Shown here: positions 28,235 through 41,839 of the stretch, in pieces
Layout of the letters: the number at the start of each line of letters is the position of its first letter
Numbering within the stretch: the stretch's first letter is position 1
Assembly: GCA_028534125.1 (NCBI GenBank)
Contig: CM052817.1
Location: forward strand, 99,264,001-99,328,000
Length of the DNA stretch: 64,000 nt
Source: Lama glama
Taxonomy: Eukaryota
Reading direction: 5' to 3'
Program-made: the position numbers and the translations under genes
Notes under the pieces: generated by a model
What the model saw: the letters and a program-made list of their open reading frames with translations, nothing else
The model's database searches: none
Told to the model about the DNA's origin: nothing

Positions 28235-28455
28235 TATATTAAGTTCTGCAATAAGCAAAATGCATGCACAGTAACAGAAATCAAGTCAGTGGCCACTTGA
28301 GGTGATAAGGGGAGGGATTTAACTACAGAGGCACAGGGAACTTTCTGGATTGATGTTTGTGTATATGTCAAACTTCACTAAACTGTATACTTAAAATGCA
28401 TGCATATATACTGTCTACTAATCAAAAATAAATATTACCAATAAAGTTGATTTTC
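28235..28455 (+). mobile_element. L1M 3' UTR fragment
   Basis: acagaaatcaagtcagtgg...gggaactttctgg...gtcaaacttcactaaactgtatacttaaaatgcatgca...caataaagttgatt. Confidence 0.7.
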
Positions 28456-28679
28456 TTAAAAGAGGTAAATCTAATTAAGCCAAAAGAAAATGAAAAAAGT
28501 AACACCTTTTATATAAATGAACATGACTACAATATTTGGTAGTGACAAAATAGCTGACTCAATGAAAACAAACACTTAATATAAACTTAATAATACACAA
28601 AACCATGAGGGTATTTCATAATGAAAAAAAAAACTAAAACGTAAAAGCCCAAACATGATGATTTATGACCAATGTTACC

Positions 28680-29500
28680 ATTCATTTATTAATTATGCTG
28701 TTTTATAAATATGTGGTTGAATAATAATTATGCTGAATGTTGGAGATACAACAGAAAACAAAACAGTGCTTGCCTTGAAGGAACTTAGAGTCTAATAAAA
28801 GAGAAATAAAAATCATAAGCAATTTAAATAAAGAATAAAATTACTATAAGATAGGTCAGTGAGTGCTCTGAATGTATACCTAACTCAGGCTTAGAGTTGT
28901 GGGAAAGAGAGGAGTGAAAGAAACCTTTCCCGAAAAGGCTGTAATTTTAGCTGGGAGCTGAATTATTTATTTATTCCATAAATATTCACCGAACAGCCAC
29001 CACGTGCCAGGGACTGTGCTGGGTATTAGGAACATCCACAGTATCCCTCATGTACTAGCTATACAAATCACAAACAGTTGTTACTTTCGTAGGCCCTAGA
29101 GCACAGAGAAGGAAATTGGCAATAAACAAAGTAGTTAGACAAATATACTTAAAATTTCTGGTACATTCTATGATGAGTGCTCAGATGGAGACATGCAAAA
29201 AGATACCAAGTATAGATACGATAGTCTGAGAAGAGGATACTTAAGTTGAGCACTGAGTCATGAGAAGAAGCCGACAATTAAGAGTCATCAAATTTGAAAA
29301 AGGGAAATTTTAGGAAAAGAAAAAACATGCCAAGACACAAAATTATGACGGCACATTTGGGTAACTGAATAGTTCAGCCTACCTTGAGGACAGATACAAA
29401 AGCAAAGTGATAAGAAGTGAGGTCCAAACAGGAAAAGAAGCCTAATAATGAGATACCGCTGCGCCATGGTGTACAGCTGGGTTTGCTTTTCCCCTGCCTT
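28680..29500 (-). mobile_element. Two adjacent L2 3' fragments
   Basis: gctgaatgttggagataca...cttgccttgaaggaacttagagtcta, and atttattccataaatattcaccgaacagccaccacgtgccagggactgtgctgggtattagga. Confidence 0.7.
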
Positions 29501-32500
29501 GTTGGGTTTTTTTAAATTATCTACTCAAAATACTCATCAAAACTATAAAAAGTGAAAGTCCTTAAATTAAAAAGCCGGGAGCAGTATCATTAATGTTACG
29601 TATTTAGAAGGATTAAACTCCAAAAAAAAAGAAGAAAATTAGAATTAAAAGAGAAATTATAGGTGAGTGATGAAAGAGAGGAACAATTTACTACAAAGAT
29701 TCAGGAAAAAATTCAAATGGCAATAATTCAAACATAAAACTGACATTAAAGAATCTTATGAATGGTGGTAACTGGTTCTATGAATATTATCATTTTAAAA
29801 TTGGTAATTTAGAGACATAGAAAGAAATGAATCAAAAATGACCAAACCTTTTTATCATTACCTTCATGTGAAGGAAATATTTCCCCAAATATCAACAATC
29901 TGCATATGCTGATGAAAAATTTATTAAAGAAAAATCAGACTAACACTATGTTTTAAATTAACTTTTGCTGCTAATTAACTACTCAGATGGGATGCCAGGC
30001 CAAAATACATAGTGCTTCTAGTTTTTCTATGTACTCTATGCATTTCTGATAAATGGGAAAAGAATAGATGACCTGGCAGAAGACTCAGACAATAATATGT
30101 GATTTACAGGACATGAATGCAGCTACCGTAAGATTTATCTGACAGCCCTCTCCGATAGTGGACTGTTGAGTATCCGATGGAATGATTTCTAGTCTAGAAA
30201 GTCTACTACTGAGTAGCCATACACATTATTTATTTATTAGATGTTTTGGGTTGAAACCATTTTTAAATGATGCACTTCACAATGCACAGTCATAAATTTA
30301 GCTTTAAACCCAAGAAGGGAGGTAGTGTTATTGGAATGTATGTCAGACTGAATTAGGATGAGCAACACAACGCTTTTATAAAGTGGCCTTGAATGCAATG
30401 TCAATTCTTTCAAAAATGATATTAATGTCAAATGAGCAAGATACAAACACTTTACACAATGCTGGAGTAACATTATTTGAAATATTTACTTAACATTTTC
30501 TTTACATTCACATTGATTTCTAAAGGTTCATACACATACACAAAAATTATTGGGCATAAATGTTACATGTTTCTGAAAAACTGAATCTGAAATATAATTA
30601 AGAACTTGTTCAATTTTTTTCTGTGCATCAGAGTGTACACAGTTTCCTGAAGAATTTATACAGTCTTATCTAAAACACGTAAAGAAGACTTAAATCAGGT
30701 TTTGGAGCTTAAATAGTTCTTGAATTATTCTACATGGGATTCAATATATGAATAAACCTAATTTAAAAAACTTAAGTATGTATATAACTTTACTTAAAAA
30801 CAGTATGCTGAATATTTTAAAAAAAAGATTTCAACCCTAAATAATATTTTGCCTTAAAAATGTTAAAATTTAAATGGGATAAAATATGAAAGTGTCTAAT
30901 CAACCTATTAATAAGTAGATATTGAAAAACAGTCCTAATGGAAGCTTTAACAAAATATATAGTGATCTGTTTGGTCTTAATGACGGCAAACTCAAAGTGA
31001 TCATTTCCTCATTTCTTAAGTTTAGGCTCTATAAACTCTTTTCTAATAAAATGTGGCAAATTGAAATACCTTGTTAAAAAGAATGCAAAAAGAAAATAAG
31101 TTTTGAACGGATTCAAAAAAAATAATCAGAACATGGCTGATTGTCATGAAATTAACATCAACTAATTTGTAAAGTTTTAAATCAAATTTGCAGATGTTAA
31201 GTTCATAAGCATATCCCATTATTTATGTGATTAAAAAGGAGTTTCTGACCTGATCTTTCGATCTTTGGCACTCAATCCTCTCCATCTCCTCTTAAAAAAT
31301 TAATTAAAATTTTAGCAAGATGCTAGCTTTTCACTTCCCACCCTATCTCAGGGTAAAAAAAATTATCAATCAAACTCAAGCCATCCCCACCCAGTATCTG
31401 CAAAATGTCGACTTCAAATTCAATTTCATATCCCTTAAGCTTTCATGTAGAAAAAGACAGTTCACTTCTTAACAAAATAAATCACTTTTGTGATTGCCAA
31501 TGTGACCTCTTTGAATTAGGAAAATTCAAAGTGAAAAATGTAATTATCACCCCAGAACAATCTGTATACATCTGGAGCTAATTCTGGCTTCATTTTTCAC
31601 ATCATTTTTCACACTGTGCTACATCTTATAGAGACGCCATGGAACTTTTGAAGAACCCATAAAAAAATGTTAAGAACTTAAAATAAACCAGTAATGTACT
31701 TTATTCAGACAAAACCTTGAGAATATCTGACTTCTGCAACTTACTCTATCAAGTGATCTTCATATCCCATTTGATTGGAATAGTATTAAACAGCACTGTG
31801 ACATACATGACAAATAGGTCTATTAAAATGTGTCGTTATCTTTCCAGCTTCTAACATTCAACTGTATAATATACTAATAGCTTTCATCTATCAAGAAAAT
31901 ATTCAATTCTTCTAAACCAGAAAGTGAAACTTCATTATAGAAATTCACCTATGGGACTATTACATAATTATAAACAACAAATTCATACTTCTGTGAAGAA
32001 ACACATAAAATTGTAAACAAATGTCTCTTAAAGTAAAGTGTAATTTCATGTCAGTATAAGAATGGCATATGGTAACTTCCATCCAAGAAATAAACAAGCA
32101 ATTATTTCAAATCAAATTATTTAATGAGAAATTTTATCCAGTCAGCTTTTAAAGAAATGGAGTTTTCTAGGGGAGATAATTAAATTATAAAAACATGATT
32201 CTCACTAAATCTAAGAATAATAAGCCCACTACAAACATAACTACTCTTCACAAGTTCATTATAAAAATCCATTAGGTGTAATTTCTAGAAGTAATTGTTC
32301 TTACTGCATTTTATTGACAATGCGTACTATTGATTTTTCACACCTTCTATGATTCTTTAATTTGTATTCATGAAATGTCCATCAGCACAGTCTAAATAAA
32401 TTTGGCAAAATAGGCACTAAAATGAATAAATCGATGCAAAGAAACATTAATTCTGCATTATCCTTATTCGTCAGGCAAGTAAACCATAAGAGTTGTAAAT

Positions 32501-33307
32501 GAAGGTCAAAGGTTTTGAAATGGGTCAGAACCCTTGACCTCTACACCAATATCCTTCCTATTAAAAAAGGCTATTTTAAAGTTTTAAGTAGGGGAATTTA
32601 CTACCAGCGAGATATCATTTCTAAAAGACTACAAAGAAAACTCTCAATAAAAACATTCATCTGTTTAACTGCAAAACAGAAAAGAAAATATCAAAGGATA
32701 CAGGATCATTTTTTGTACGTTTTTAAAAAACCATTAAAGTTTACCACATGAGGTATAAGGTTTCTGAACACTGAAACTAACCCTGCTTTTGGGAATTTAT
32801 TTACTGCATCTTATTACGATGGCTGCCATATTTTTGTTGATGTTTTCCCAAATCTACTGTGCATGTCAAAAATAATTAGCAATGACAAGAATTCAAAATT
32901 ATTTATCACTCATTTTATAACCTCTGCACAAAAGGGAAGTAAACCCATTATTCCCAGGGGAAGTCCAAGTGGCACTCCACAAGGTATAGAAATAAATCTG
33001 TTTCTATAACCTTAATACACGAAGCAAAGAAATTCACCCATCTCAAGATCATCTGATCTGGACATTGTTAAATGTGACTTTAAAAACCTCTGTTTCTCAT
33101 TCATCTATCTGATTTCTCTCAGCACTCCAAAATTATCTGCTAGTGCCAAACATAAAATGTAATCCTTCTGCAGTACTAATAAAATTATATTAAAACTGCA
33201 AACTCAAAACTCCATTATAGCAAAAATTTCCAATGAAATATTTTAACTTCCTTTCAAAATGAATTTAAGAATTTACTTTTAATCAAACATTTATTCTTGT
33301 CACTCAC

Positions 33308-33369
33308 CTGAGAACACAGCAGCATAACCAACTCCACAACTGAACTACTAGACTTCATGCAAACCAGAC
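33308..33369 (-). CDS. LRBA: LRBA coding exon, 62 bp (SLVCMKSSSSVVELVMLLCSQ); not in the ORF track
   Basis: Manual translation. Acceptor aaatag|GT and donor TCAG|gtgagt. In frame. Confidence 0.96.
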
Positions 33370-36354
33370 CTATTTTTAAAGAGAATTAAAAACAACAAAA
33401 TTACAAAGTAAAAAAACAAATAAGAGATGTATTTCTTATACAACTTTGTCCAAATTGGTTTTTAAAATAAAATTTAACATCTTGCCAAGAACCAACCTGT
33501 ACATATATGATCATATGAGTAAACAAAGGATTCTGTAATGACTTTAAATTTGGCATCAAAATGATCACAATTTTTTGTAGCCTATTTCATTTCAGCTTTC
33601 AAATTACTAAAACATTTATTACAAGTTCATGTACAATGACATTTCACAACACTCATAGAAATGTGCACAACATATGCCATGTTGATCAGTATCATCTAAA
33701 TTTTGTTTTGGAGAGAGTTGATTGTTATACATGCAGAGAAGGGAAATGGCTCCATGACCTTTGCTTTCTCCACCACACTCTCTCCCTTCAACCCTCTAGC
33801 TATCAATCAAGTTTCCATTTTGTTTCATGGCAGCAGACATCCCAAACACTCTTATTAGTACCTTGACCTGTGACCTCACACTAAACCTTAACAGAAGTGC
33901 AAGCCGTTGTCTGTTATATATTCTTGATTTTTTATGAATAAATTCATTTCTATTTTTTTCTCTTATATTTCATTTGGGTTCAACAGAAATATTTCAGGAA
34001 GGAAGTTTTATACAATTAATACCTATGTAAAGACTTCTTTAGTTTTGATTACCAATAAGATCTAAAGTAGTAATTCAATAAACACTGTATAATCAGTATC
34101 TTAAAAAGGCAATCCCAATAATTAAAAGCACTAATTTGCTAAATTACATTAGTAATAATCAGAAAAATTACAATTTTTAATTCCATACTTTTCTAAGCAA
34201 ACACAAGTTTGAGTTCAAACTAAACTAACTGTAGCAACTAAAATAACTCCTCATGGGTACGCACCCTACAGAATTATCTTATTTCTTTCTTCCTCTCCAT
34301 TAAAGTTACTGGAGGCACCCATACCATCCCATCCACCTCCTTTAATCCTATTGCTCTACAGTTATTTCTCCTTCTGTCTTTTAGTCATGATGTCTCATAC
34401 CTGCTGACAGCACATGTCAGCATTCTTTAGCCTTACAAATAGGATTCAAGTTAAATAGGTTGTTCACCTCCTTTCCTTTTTATAATAGCTATAACCACTT
34501 TTCTCCACTGTCTTAAAAATATACAACATAGAAATCACGGTAACAGTGTTGGCACTGGCACGAAAATTAGCTATAGAATATCTATGTACATGTTGCATTA
34601 AGCAAGCAGGCCCTTAACTAGACTAAACTGTAGTTTCTGTGGAGTGAAGAAGAGCATACCTCCTCTGGCTAATGCCAAGGCCAAAAGGAAGGGCACGGCG
34701 ATCCTCCAGCATTTTTTGCTGGTGTGGCCCTCTGCTGATCTGAAAACCTGTCACTTTTCATAAAATGTAACCCAACTACAGGAAGTTTCATATATTTCAA
34801 CTTCAAAAGCCACTAATTCTAGCAAGTAAATTCAGACCTTTCTACAACTAGGTCATTATTCCTTATTGCTCTATTTTAGAGGAACCAGAATTCCTATCAA
34901 CTTTCCTTTCATGACAAAGCATTTAGGCCCTGATCTGGCTCAGCCTTTTATACCCACTCAGATAATGAACAGTAACGATTAAAGGGCCTTGGGCCGTCCA
35001 AAGTTAGAAAGACTCATAGGTGTCCTCCTGTCTCTACAACATATCGTAGGATAGCTCGATACTTACATACTTTGAAAAAATTACTTATTTCAGGCTTATT
35101 TCAGATTAGCAAAGTGGAAGAAGGTTAATGCTACCCAGTTGGACATAAAGATTCAGCAAAAAAATACAACCACTGCACAGTGGATTGAATGTTCAAGGAC
35201 AGTAAGATGTCAAGTAACACTTCATAGTTTGATTAGAACAATTCATATTTTTTTTGGAGCAGAGTTTTGTGGATTTGTAAAGAATGGTAGGGGGCTGGGT
35301 GGATGGTACATTAAATTTTAAATAAGGGCATCAGAGAGCTTACAGTAGACCTCTAAAGGGCACTGATACTGCCAACACAAATATATAACCTTGGGAGGAA
35401 GTAAACGGAGGTAATCTCAATAAGGGACTTGGTATCAGATTGCAAAACTTAATCACCTCTACTTTTGATCTCAGTTTTTACCTTTGGGTGACACTGGTTA
35501 CACGGATGAAAAAGCAAGAAATGAATTATAAGCCAGTAAATCTGTCTTCAGAGCTACAGTCAGACTCTAAGGATTATCCAAAGGAAAGCCTTAAAACAAC
35601 ACTTGGAGTGAAACTGTAAGTTGCTGAAGTATCAGTTTTCACCTCAGACACACACAAATCCTATTACTGCCCCAATTAGCAGAAAGAGAAAAAGGCACTG
35701 TTGGCTCAGAGATTGGACTGGGCTCATAATCTGACTCTCTAAAAGCCTCTCAGAGTAATGGTTGGTTTCAGTTTATTGGTTTTATCTTTGGTTGGATTTT
35801 AAGCATTACAGAATTTTAGTCTCTTCAAAAGAGACAAACTGAGGTTGCCAAAACCAAGAGTTTTACACTTTTCCTGTGTTTCATGACCAAAGACCACTGC
35901 AATTTTTTTCAGAGACTATTTATACCACCTCTATTACTACTTTTTCCTTACTACTAAACTCAGAAATATTAAATAAATTACCAGATATTAAGCTAGCAAC
36001 ATTTGAACACTGAGATTTCTAAACTCTCAAGTATACCATAAAAAAGTCATGACCATTTACCATCTGGAATGTCAGAACCCCTTTTTTAAAACAATTATTC
36101 ATCTTAAGTCACCTTAAATAATTTACATAAAGGGATGGTTAAAAACATTATCAGAAGTTCTAGTAAGACTTTAAGCATAATAAACCCAAAATTTTTCCCG
36201 TTTTCCTGGTTTTGAAGGTATATGTCTATAATTTGGATATAATTAATTGCTCCTGATCAATCTGTAAACATGATATTCATCTTATAAATACTAATTCTAA
36301 GTTACAAATAAACTTTTAATAGGTACTAGCTTATCATTAGTTCTGGTCCTTCTT

Positions 36355-36486
36355 TATTATTATTTTTTTTAATTTTAGGGGCAGGTAATTAGGTTTAATT
36401 TTTTTTAATGGAGGTAGTGGGGGTTGAATCCAGAACTTCACCAATGCTTTTAAGTACATGCTCTACCACCAAGTTATATCTTCCCC
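36355..36486 (-). mobile_element. tRNA-derived SINE, camelid Vic-1-like, with 12-bp TSD
   Basis: ggggcaggtaattaggttt...aatggaggtagtgggggttgaatccag...ctctaccacc. TSD ctggtccttctt (36343-36354) and ctggtcctcctt (36487-36498). Confidence 0.85.
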
Positions 36487-37829
36487 CTGGTCCTCCTTCT
36501 TGAACTAACATCACCAAGTGCAATATTTTGGAAAAGTTGGACTAATAGGTTGTTCAAAATTCTGTTAAGGAGAGGAGAGTCATCTTCTTTTCTCCAAAAT
36601 TGCAAAATATTTTCTTCTTCAGATTATAAACACCATTTAGAATAATCAATCCACTGAATTTTTTCGTTTCTACATGAATGGTTCCTTCCAATGATCTTCA
36701 TGCATACACCTGCTTTTAGTATTTATTCACTTAGAAACTGCAAAGTAAATTGTGGTGCACAGTCATCACAAATGACAGATGAACACTGTCACATGCCTCT
36801 TAAGCAAAATGAGATGTTCCAGGTTCTTGTCATAAAACATTGGATAAATTGTGTAGAATGAAGTCCTTCCTGTTGAACGGCATGATGCTGGGAAAACCAA
36901 TTTCCTTTTTCTTCACAGAAATACACTGTGCACAAATAAATTCTTGAGTTGGATAAAAATTGTGAGTACTGCTCCCTGTCTTTTCAAATTCATCCACAAA
37001 TGGTCTAGTAATTATAAAATGTCTTCCTCTGTCAATGTTTTTCACCTCACTATTATGGGCAGAAAATAAATTCTAAATTCTTAACTATGTTCGATGAAAA
37101 CTAAAAATAAGACCACAAAGATGGAATCCATAGACTTCTTTTTTATCAATATTTCTCAACCTTTTTTGAGGAAACTACGGAGCCATTTTAGGACATTTTT
37201 CTTAATTATGCCCTATGAAATTTTAATACTAAAGAAATACTGTACAGATGTACTGTGGTCCATTGGAGAATCACAAACTATTGTAATATTTAGGTATTGG
37301 CCCTCCTAAAATACCAGTCTTTGATCTCATTGAGAAAACAAATTTATACCTGCTTAAAATATGAAGTAACACTTTGTGTAACACAGTAAGAAAACTAAGG
37401 GTGATCCAAGAATGATGATTTACTATCCTAGTGCACCTTGATTCTAGGGGCAATTCCACTATTTTTGTTTTCTTATTATTTTAGTCTTTAATATAGTTAG
37501 AAATAACAGATGAGTACTGATGACTAGCAAAATGTTCTAAGATATAGAAAAATTAACATCACAAAGATCCCATAATAAATCCTAGATTTATAAAAAATGT
37601 CCAATGAAATCATTTATGGTAACTGTCAGAATCAACATTTTTTAAAGTAATTATGTTTTTGGAAGGCCCCTAAAAAAACAAAAGCAGTAAAGTATCAATG
37701 TTTACAAAGGGCTGTAACTCCTTGAAAAAGAGAGTTACCATCACTAAAATTAAGCCTATCAGAAAATATGTGGCAAGATGTAATATGAAGTATCACAGCT
37801 AATTAAATGTTTAAATACCCAGGATAGAG

Positions 37830-38355
37830 AAACTGCTAAATGACATCACCAAGAAGAATAGCCACAGAGAATCTAGGTATGAAATATTCTACAGAACCAC
37901 CAATCAGATTTCTTCAACTAGTCAGTAACATGAAAACAGAAGAATAGGGGAAAACTATTTGACATTAATAAAGACTTAAGAGACATAATTAAATGCAATA
38001 AATTGATTTTGTTTGGATCTTAACTGGAAGAAAATCAATTATAAAAAAACTTTTAGATAAAGATGAATACTGGCTGAATATTAGATAACACTGTAGAACT
38101 ACTATTAATATTATTAGGTATAATAGCAGAAATTATGATGTGTAAGAAAATATCCTTCTGATATGAATTATGAATGATTTAGGGTGAAACAACATGTCTG
38201 GGGTTGTTTTAAACACTAAAGCAAAATAAAGGGAGGTGGATATAACCACCATGGCAAAACAAAGGCGGTTTGGGTAGTTGGTAATAATAAGTTCATGGAT
38301 ATTGAATTTCCTACTTTATAAATATTTTAAATGTTCCTTAAACTTTTTTAATAAA
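37830..38355 (+). mobile_element. L1ME/L1MC-type 3' UTR fragment
   Basis: atattctacaga...tttcttcaac...agacttaagagacata...aaatgcaat...tgtttggatct. Confidence 0.65.
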
Positions 38356-38394
38356 AAGTTCATTTAAAAGATTTAAAAGTAATAAATTTTTGAG

Positions 38395-38490
38395 TACCTG
38401 GTCACACAGCTAGGTAGGTCACTGGCAAGGGCAGAATTAAAACTGAGGTCTCCTCCCTTTCAGTCCAATGCTTTTTGGAAAGTACCACGG
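38395..38490 (-). mobile_element. MIR fragment
   Basis: ggtcacacagctag...ggcagaattaaaactgaggtctcct...cagtccaatgctttt. Confidence 0.65.
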
Positions 38491-39882
38491 TGCAACCACC
38501 TCCACTCAAAACTTTTCTGTTTTATAGTGCATGGACCCACCACCCAAAGGATTCCTCACAACTTAAAATAAAAAAGCTACATTAAAGCTCTTAATTCGTT
38601 TGCTGTTTTTATGAACTCAGCCCTATGAGGAGGTACCACCCAAGTTTATAGATATCTGAGCAAGAGTATCATCTTCCTTCTTGTCATTTTATCAGAATTT
38701 ACCAATAAGAAATTGATTCTAAATTTTGTTCAAGATCTAGAATTGGAAAGTTTAGTACTTCTGAGTACCTAAGATGGTCCTATTTTATTGGATCATTATA
38801 AAATTCAAAGACCAAATAAATGGCAACAATGTCCTGCTACACTGAAAGGCTATAATTAATACATTCATTGTACAGTTACAAAATGAAATATAATTAATAA
38901 ATTGTCACACCACTTTAAAAGAATAAATAATACATGAAGCATAAGTTAGGGTGCAACCTTTGATTTATCACTTCATTTCCTTTCAAATCTTATTACTTCA
39001 TCAGATCAATAGTTCTTGGCTAAATATTTATATCTTAATACCTAAACTTAATTCAGGTATTTCTAAAACTTAAACTTTGTTTTCAAATAAATTAAGTGTT
39101 ACTTTTTGACCATATGGAAACAATGCTGACATCCCATAATTAACATCAGACACAGATATTTTAAAGTATTATCTTACCTATAACTTGCACTACCATTATA
39201 TCCTTATTTCTATAAAAAGAGGGGCTTTTTTTTCCACACGAGTTTCAAGAAATTCCTTAGGAGATCATTTAGTGACTAGTTTGACACAACCTCAAAGTAC
39301 TCTACCTAGAAAAGATCCAGTCATCTATGTATGATACAGGCAGGAAAGAGTAAAATACTACTGTACCTTCTACTTATTTGTAAGACAGAATTCTACGGTA
39401 GAGACTAATAATGCATTTCTCATTTTCCTAGTATGTGGCAGTACACTGTTGGTTATATAGATCTTAAATTCAAGTAACATCCCAGGTAAATGCCCCACTA
39501 ATTACTGTAACATTAGTCTCTCTAATTCTTTATTCTCATAGTTAATTTTAATGCATTAAAAATTTTCTTAGTTCTTTGGTTCAACACATAATTTTCTTTT
39601 CTTATTATTCCTAAAAACACACACAATTTACTGCACACAAATCTCATCCAAATCACTGATTTTAAAAACCTTGTATAGAACACAATATCAGACATAACTT
39701 ATTCTTTAAAAAATACGTACAGACTCTGTGAGAAACCTTGAAAACATACAATAAATCCCCATTAATCTAGTTATTCATTTAAGTTTTTAACTCTGAAATT
39801 TAAGAAATATACAAATAAATGTGTGTGTGCGTGCGTGTGTTGTGTGTGCACATGTGTAAAGAAGAACAGAAAGGCCACTTAC

Positions 39883-40016
39883 TTGTTCCTTCTATAAGCA
39901 GTTCTTGTCCGTGGCTACCCAAAAGTGTCCGAGAAAGAAAAGGTGCAAAATCTACAAAAATCTCTCGCAGAAGAGGAGCTGCCTTTTCCAAAGCATGTTC
40001 AAGCCTCTCTGTAATA
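39883..40016 (-). CDS. LRBA: LRBA coding exon, 134 bp ([44 protein letters not shown])
   Basis: Acceptor ctttccattag|T and donor ACAA|gtaagt. Encodes a peptide conserved across the LRBA/NBEA family. Confidence 0.97.
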
Positions 40017-40129
40017 CTAATGGAAAGGTATTAACTCACTTGTTCTATTCATTAGCATTTATAAATTTTCTAGTTTTAAAATCAGTGATAGAAATATAAA
40101 ATTATGTGAAAATCTAAAATTTCCCTAAA

Positions 40130-40442
40130 GCCTGACTATCACTATGCATACCATTCCTTCTGCCTGGAATACCCTTTTTCATTCTGTTCTATTTTGCCAC
40201 CCCCAGCCCTCACAGACAACCTGGTAAACAACCACTCCAAGCATCAGCTTATTGGAAGTCTTAACTGGCCAGTAGAGAGCACTTGATTTGAGCCCATTAT
40301 AAACTAAACAAACTCTATCAAGTCCTTATTAAATTTTCTATTACCACTAAACCACAAGCACCTTCAGATCAAGAACTATGCCTTAGCTTCTAAGTTCTCA
40401 GCTGCACCATACAGTACAAATTCAATAAATGCTTATAAACAT
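40130..40442 (+). mobile_element. L2 3' fragment
   Basis: ttccttctgcctggaataccctt...ccactaaaccacaagcacctt...ttcaataaatgctt. Confidence 0.65.
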
Positions 40443-40615
40443 CTGTCTCTATAGTAATTTCTTTCTAACGCAATCTGAAAAACTTTTCATTTGTAAACAG
40501 TATACTTTACTGGCACATTTACAATGATCTCAGTTTACACAATGTATGCTTTGTGACTATATGTACATATATTCATACATATATGTATACACACAGAAAA
40601 ACATATATACACACA

Positions 40616-40936
40616 CAGTTCCTCAGTTTCCATGGGCGAATAGTTTCAAGACTCCCCACAGACACCAAAATCTGTGGATGCTCAAGTCCCTTATATAAAA
40701 GGGCATAGTATTTGCACATAACTCATGCACATCCTTCTGTGTATTTTAAATCATATCTAGATTACTTGTAATACCTGATACAATGTAAATGCTGTGGAAA
40801 TTATTGTAAATACAATGTAAATAGTATGTAAATAGTTGCCAGTGCAAGGCAAATTCAAGTTTTGGTTTTGGAAACCTTCTGGAATTTTTTTTTTAATATT
40901 TTCAATCTGGTGTTGGTTGGATCCATATCCAACTAC
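40616..40936 (+). mobile_element. MER2B-like TcMar-Tigger DNA transposon
   Basis: caccaaaatctgtggatgctcaagtcccttatataaaa...tagattacttgtaatacctgatacaatgtaaatgct...ggcaaattcaagtttt. Confidence 0.88.
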
Positions 40937-41760
40937 ATATATACGTATTTAAGGAGTTAAAAAAAAGGGCCCCTGCATTTCAGAAAATTCTGTTTCTAAG
41001 TTATAAACAAAGCATATATGTAAACAGTCATTACTTATTTACTACTCATAGGAGTACTTCCTATTCAAACTATCAATTACTGAAAGTACTGAAACCGTCC
41101 ATTGGTAAGCTGCTGGAAATTTCTGTGGTCAATAACCATCTCTTCTCAGGTACTACCCGTACTACTACTCCTCTCCACTTAGCACATGGAGCCTCTTATC
41201 CATGGATGACATCACAGCTAGGAGCCTCTACTTGCAGCACCCTGGTGCTTCTGTAAAGTGCTTTGCATTTTCCATTTGTGGTAAGGAAAAATTAAGAACT
41301 CTGGTCACAATGACCCTAGTGGTAGAAAATATTCACAACATTCCAAATGAGAATTTGAAATGCACCATCGCAATTAAAAAAGATTAATGACAGTAAAAAT
41401 CTATCTATTGTTCAGTGTCACTATGGCTTTGGCTGACTGGCTAAACTTATTTCAGCATTTCTAGGGAAGAGGAACAATGAATTCCAAATGTTCAATTTGC
41501 AATCATATGGAACACAAGCCATAAGCTACTAACTACCTAGGTAATTAAGTATTTGTTATGCCTGCAGCATTTATGAATCACAAATAGCTACTTTTTATGA
41601 ATCTTTTACATCTCATAATCTTTAAGAAGAAACTTCTAAAATATTCCCATGCCTCTAAATGTAATATCTGTTAAAAAAAAAAAAAAAGACTGTAGCTAGA
41701 CAGTTTTAAGAGTCATCAGAAGGAATAAATCACAAATATCCAAGTTAGTAATTTGAATAC

Positions 41761-41839
41761 CTCATATTTGAAACTTGGTCTTGTGGAACTGAACCAACTG
41801 TTGGAACCGCAGGTAATTTTGCATTAGATGATCTACCAC
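41761..41839 (-). CDS. LRBA: LRBA coding exon, 79 bp (GGRSSNAKLPAVPTVGSVPQDQVSNMS)
   Basis: Acceptor ttttcttttatag|G and donor ATGAG|gtattc. In frame with both neighbours. Confidence 0.95.
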
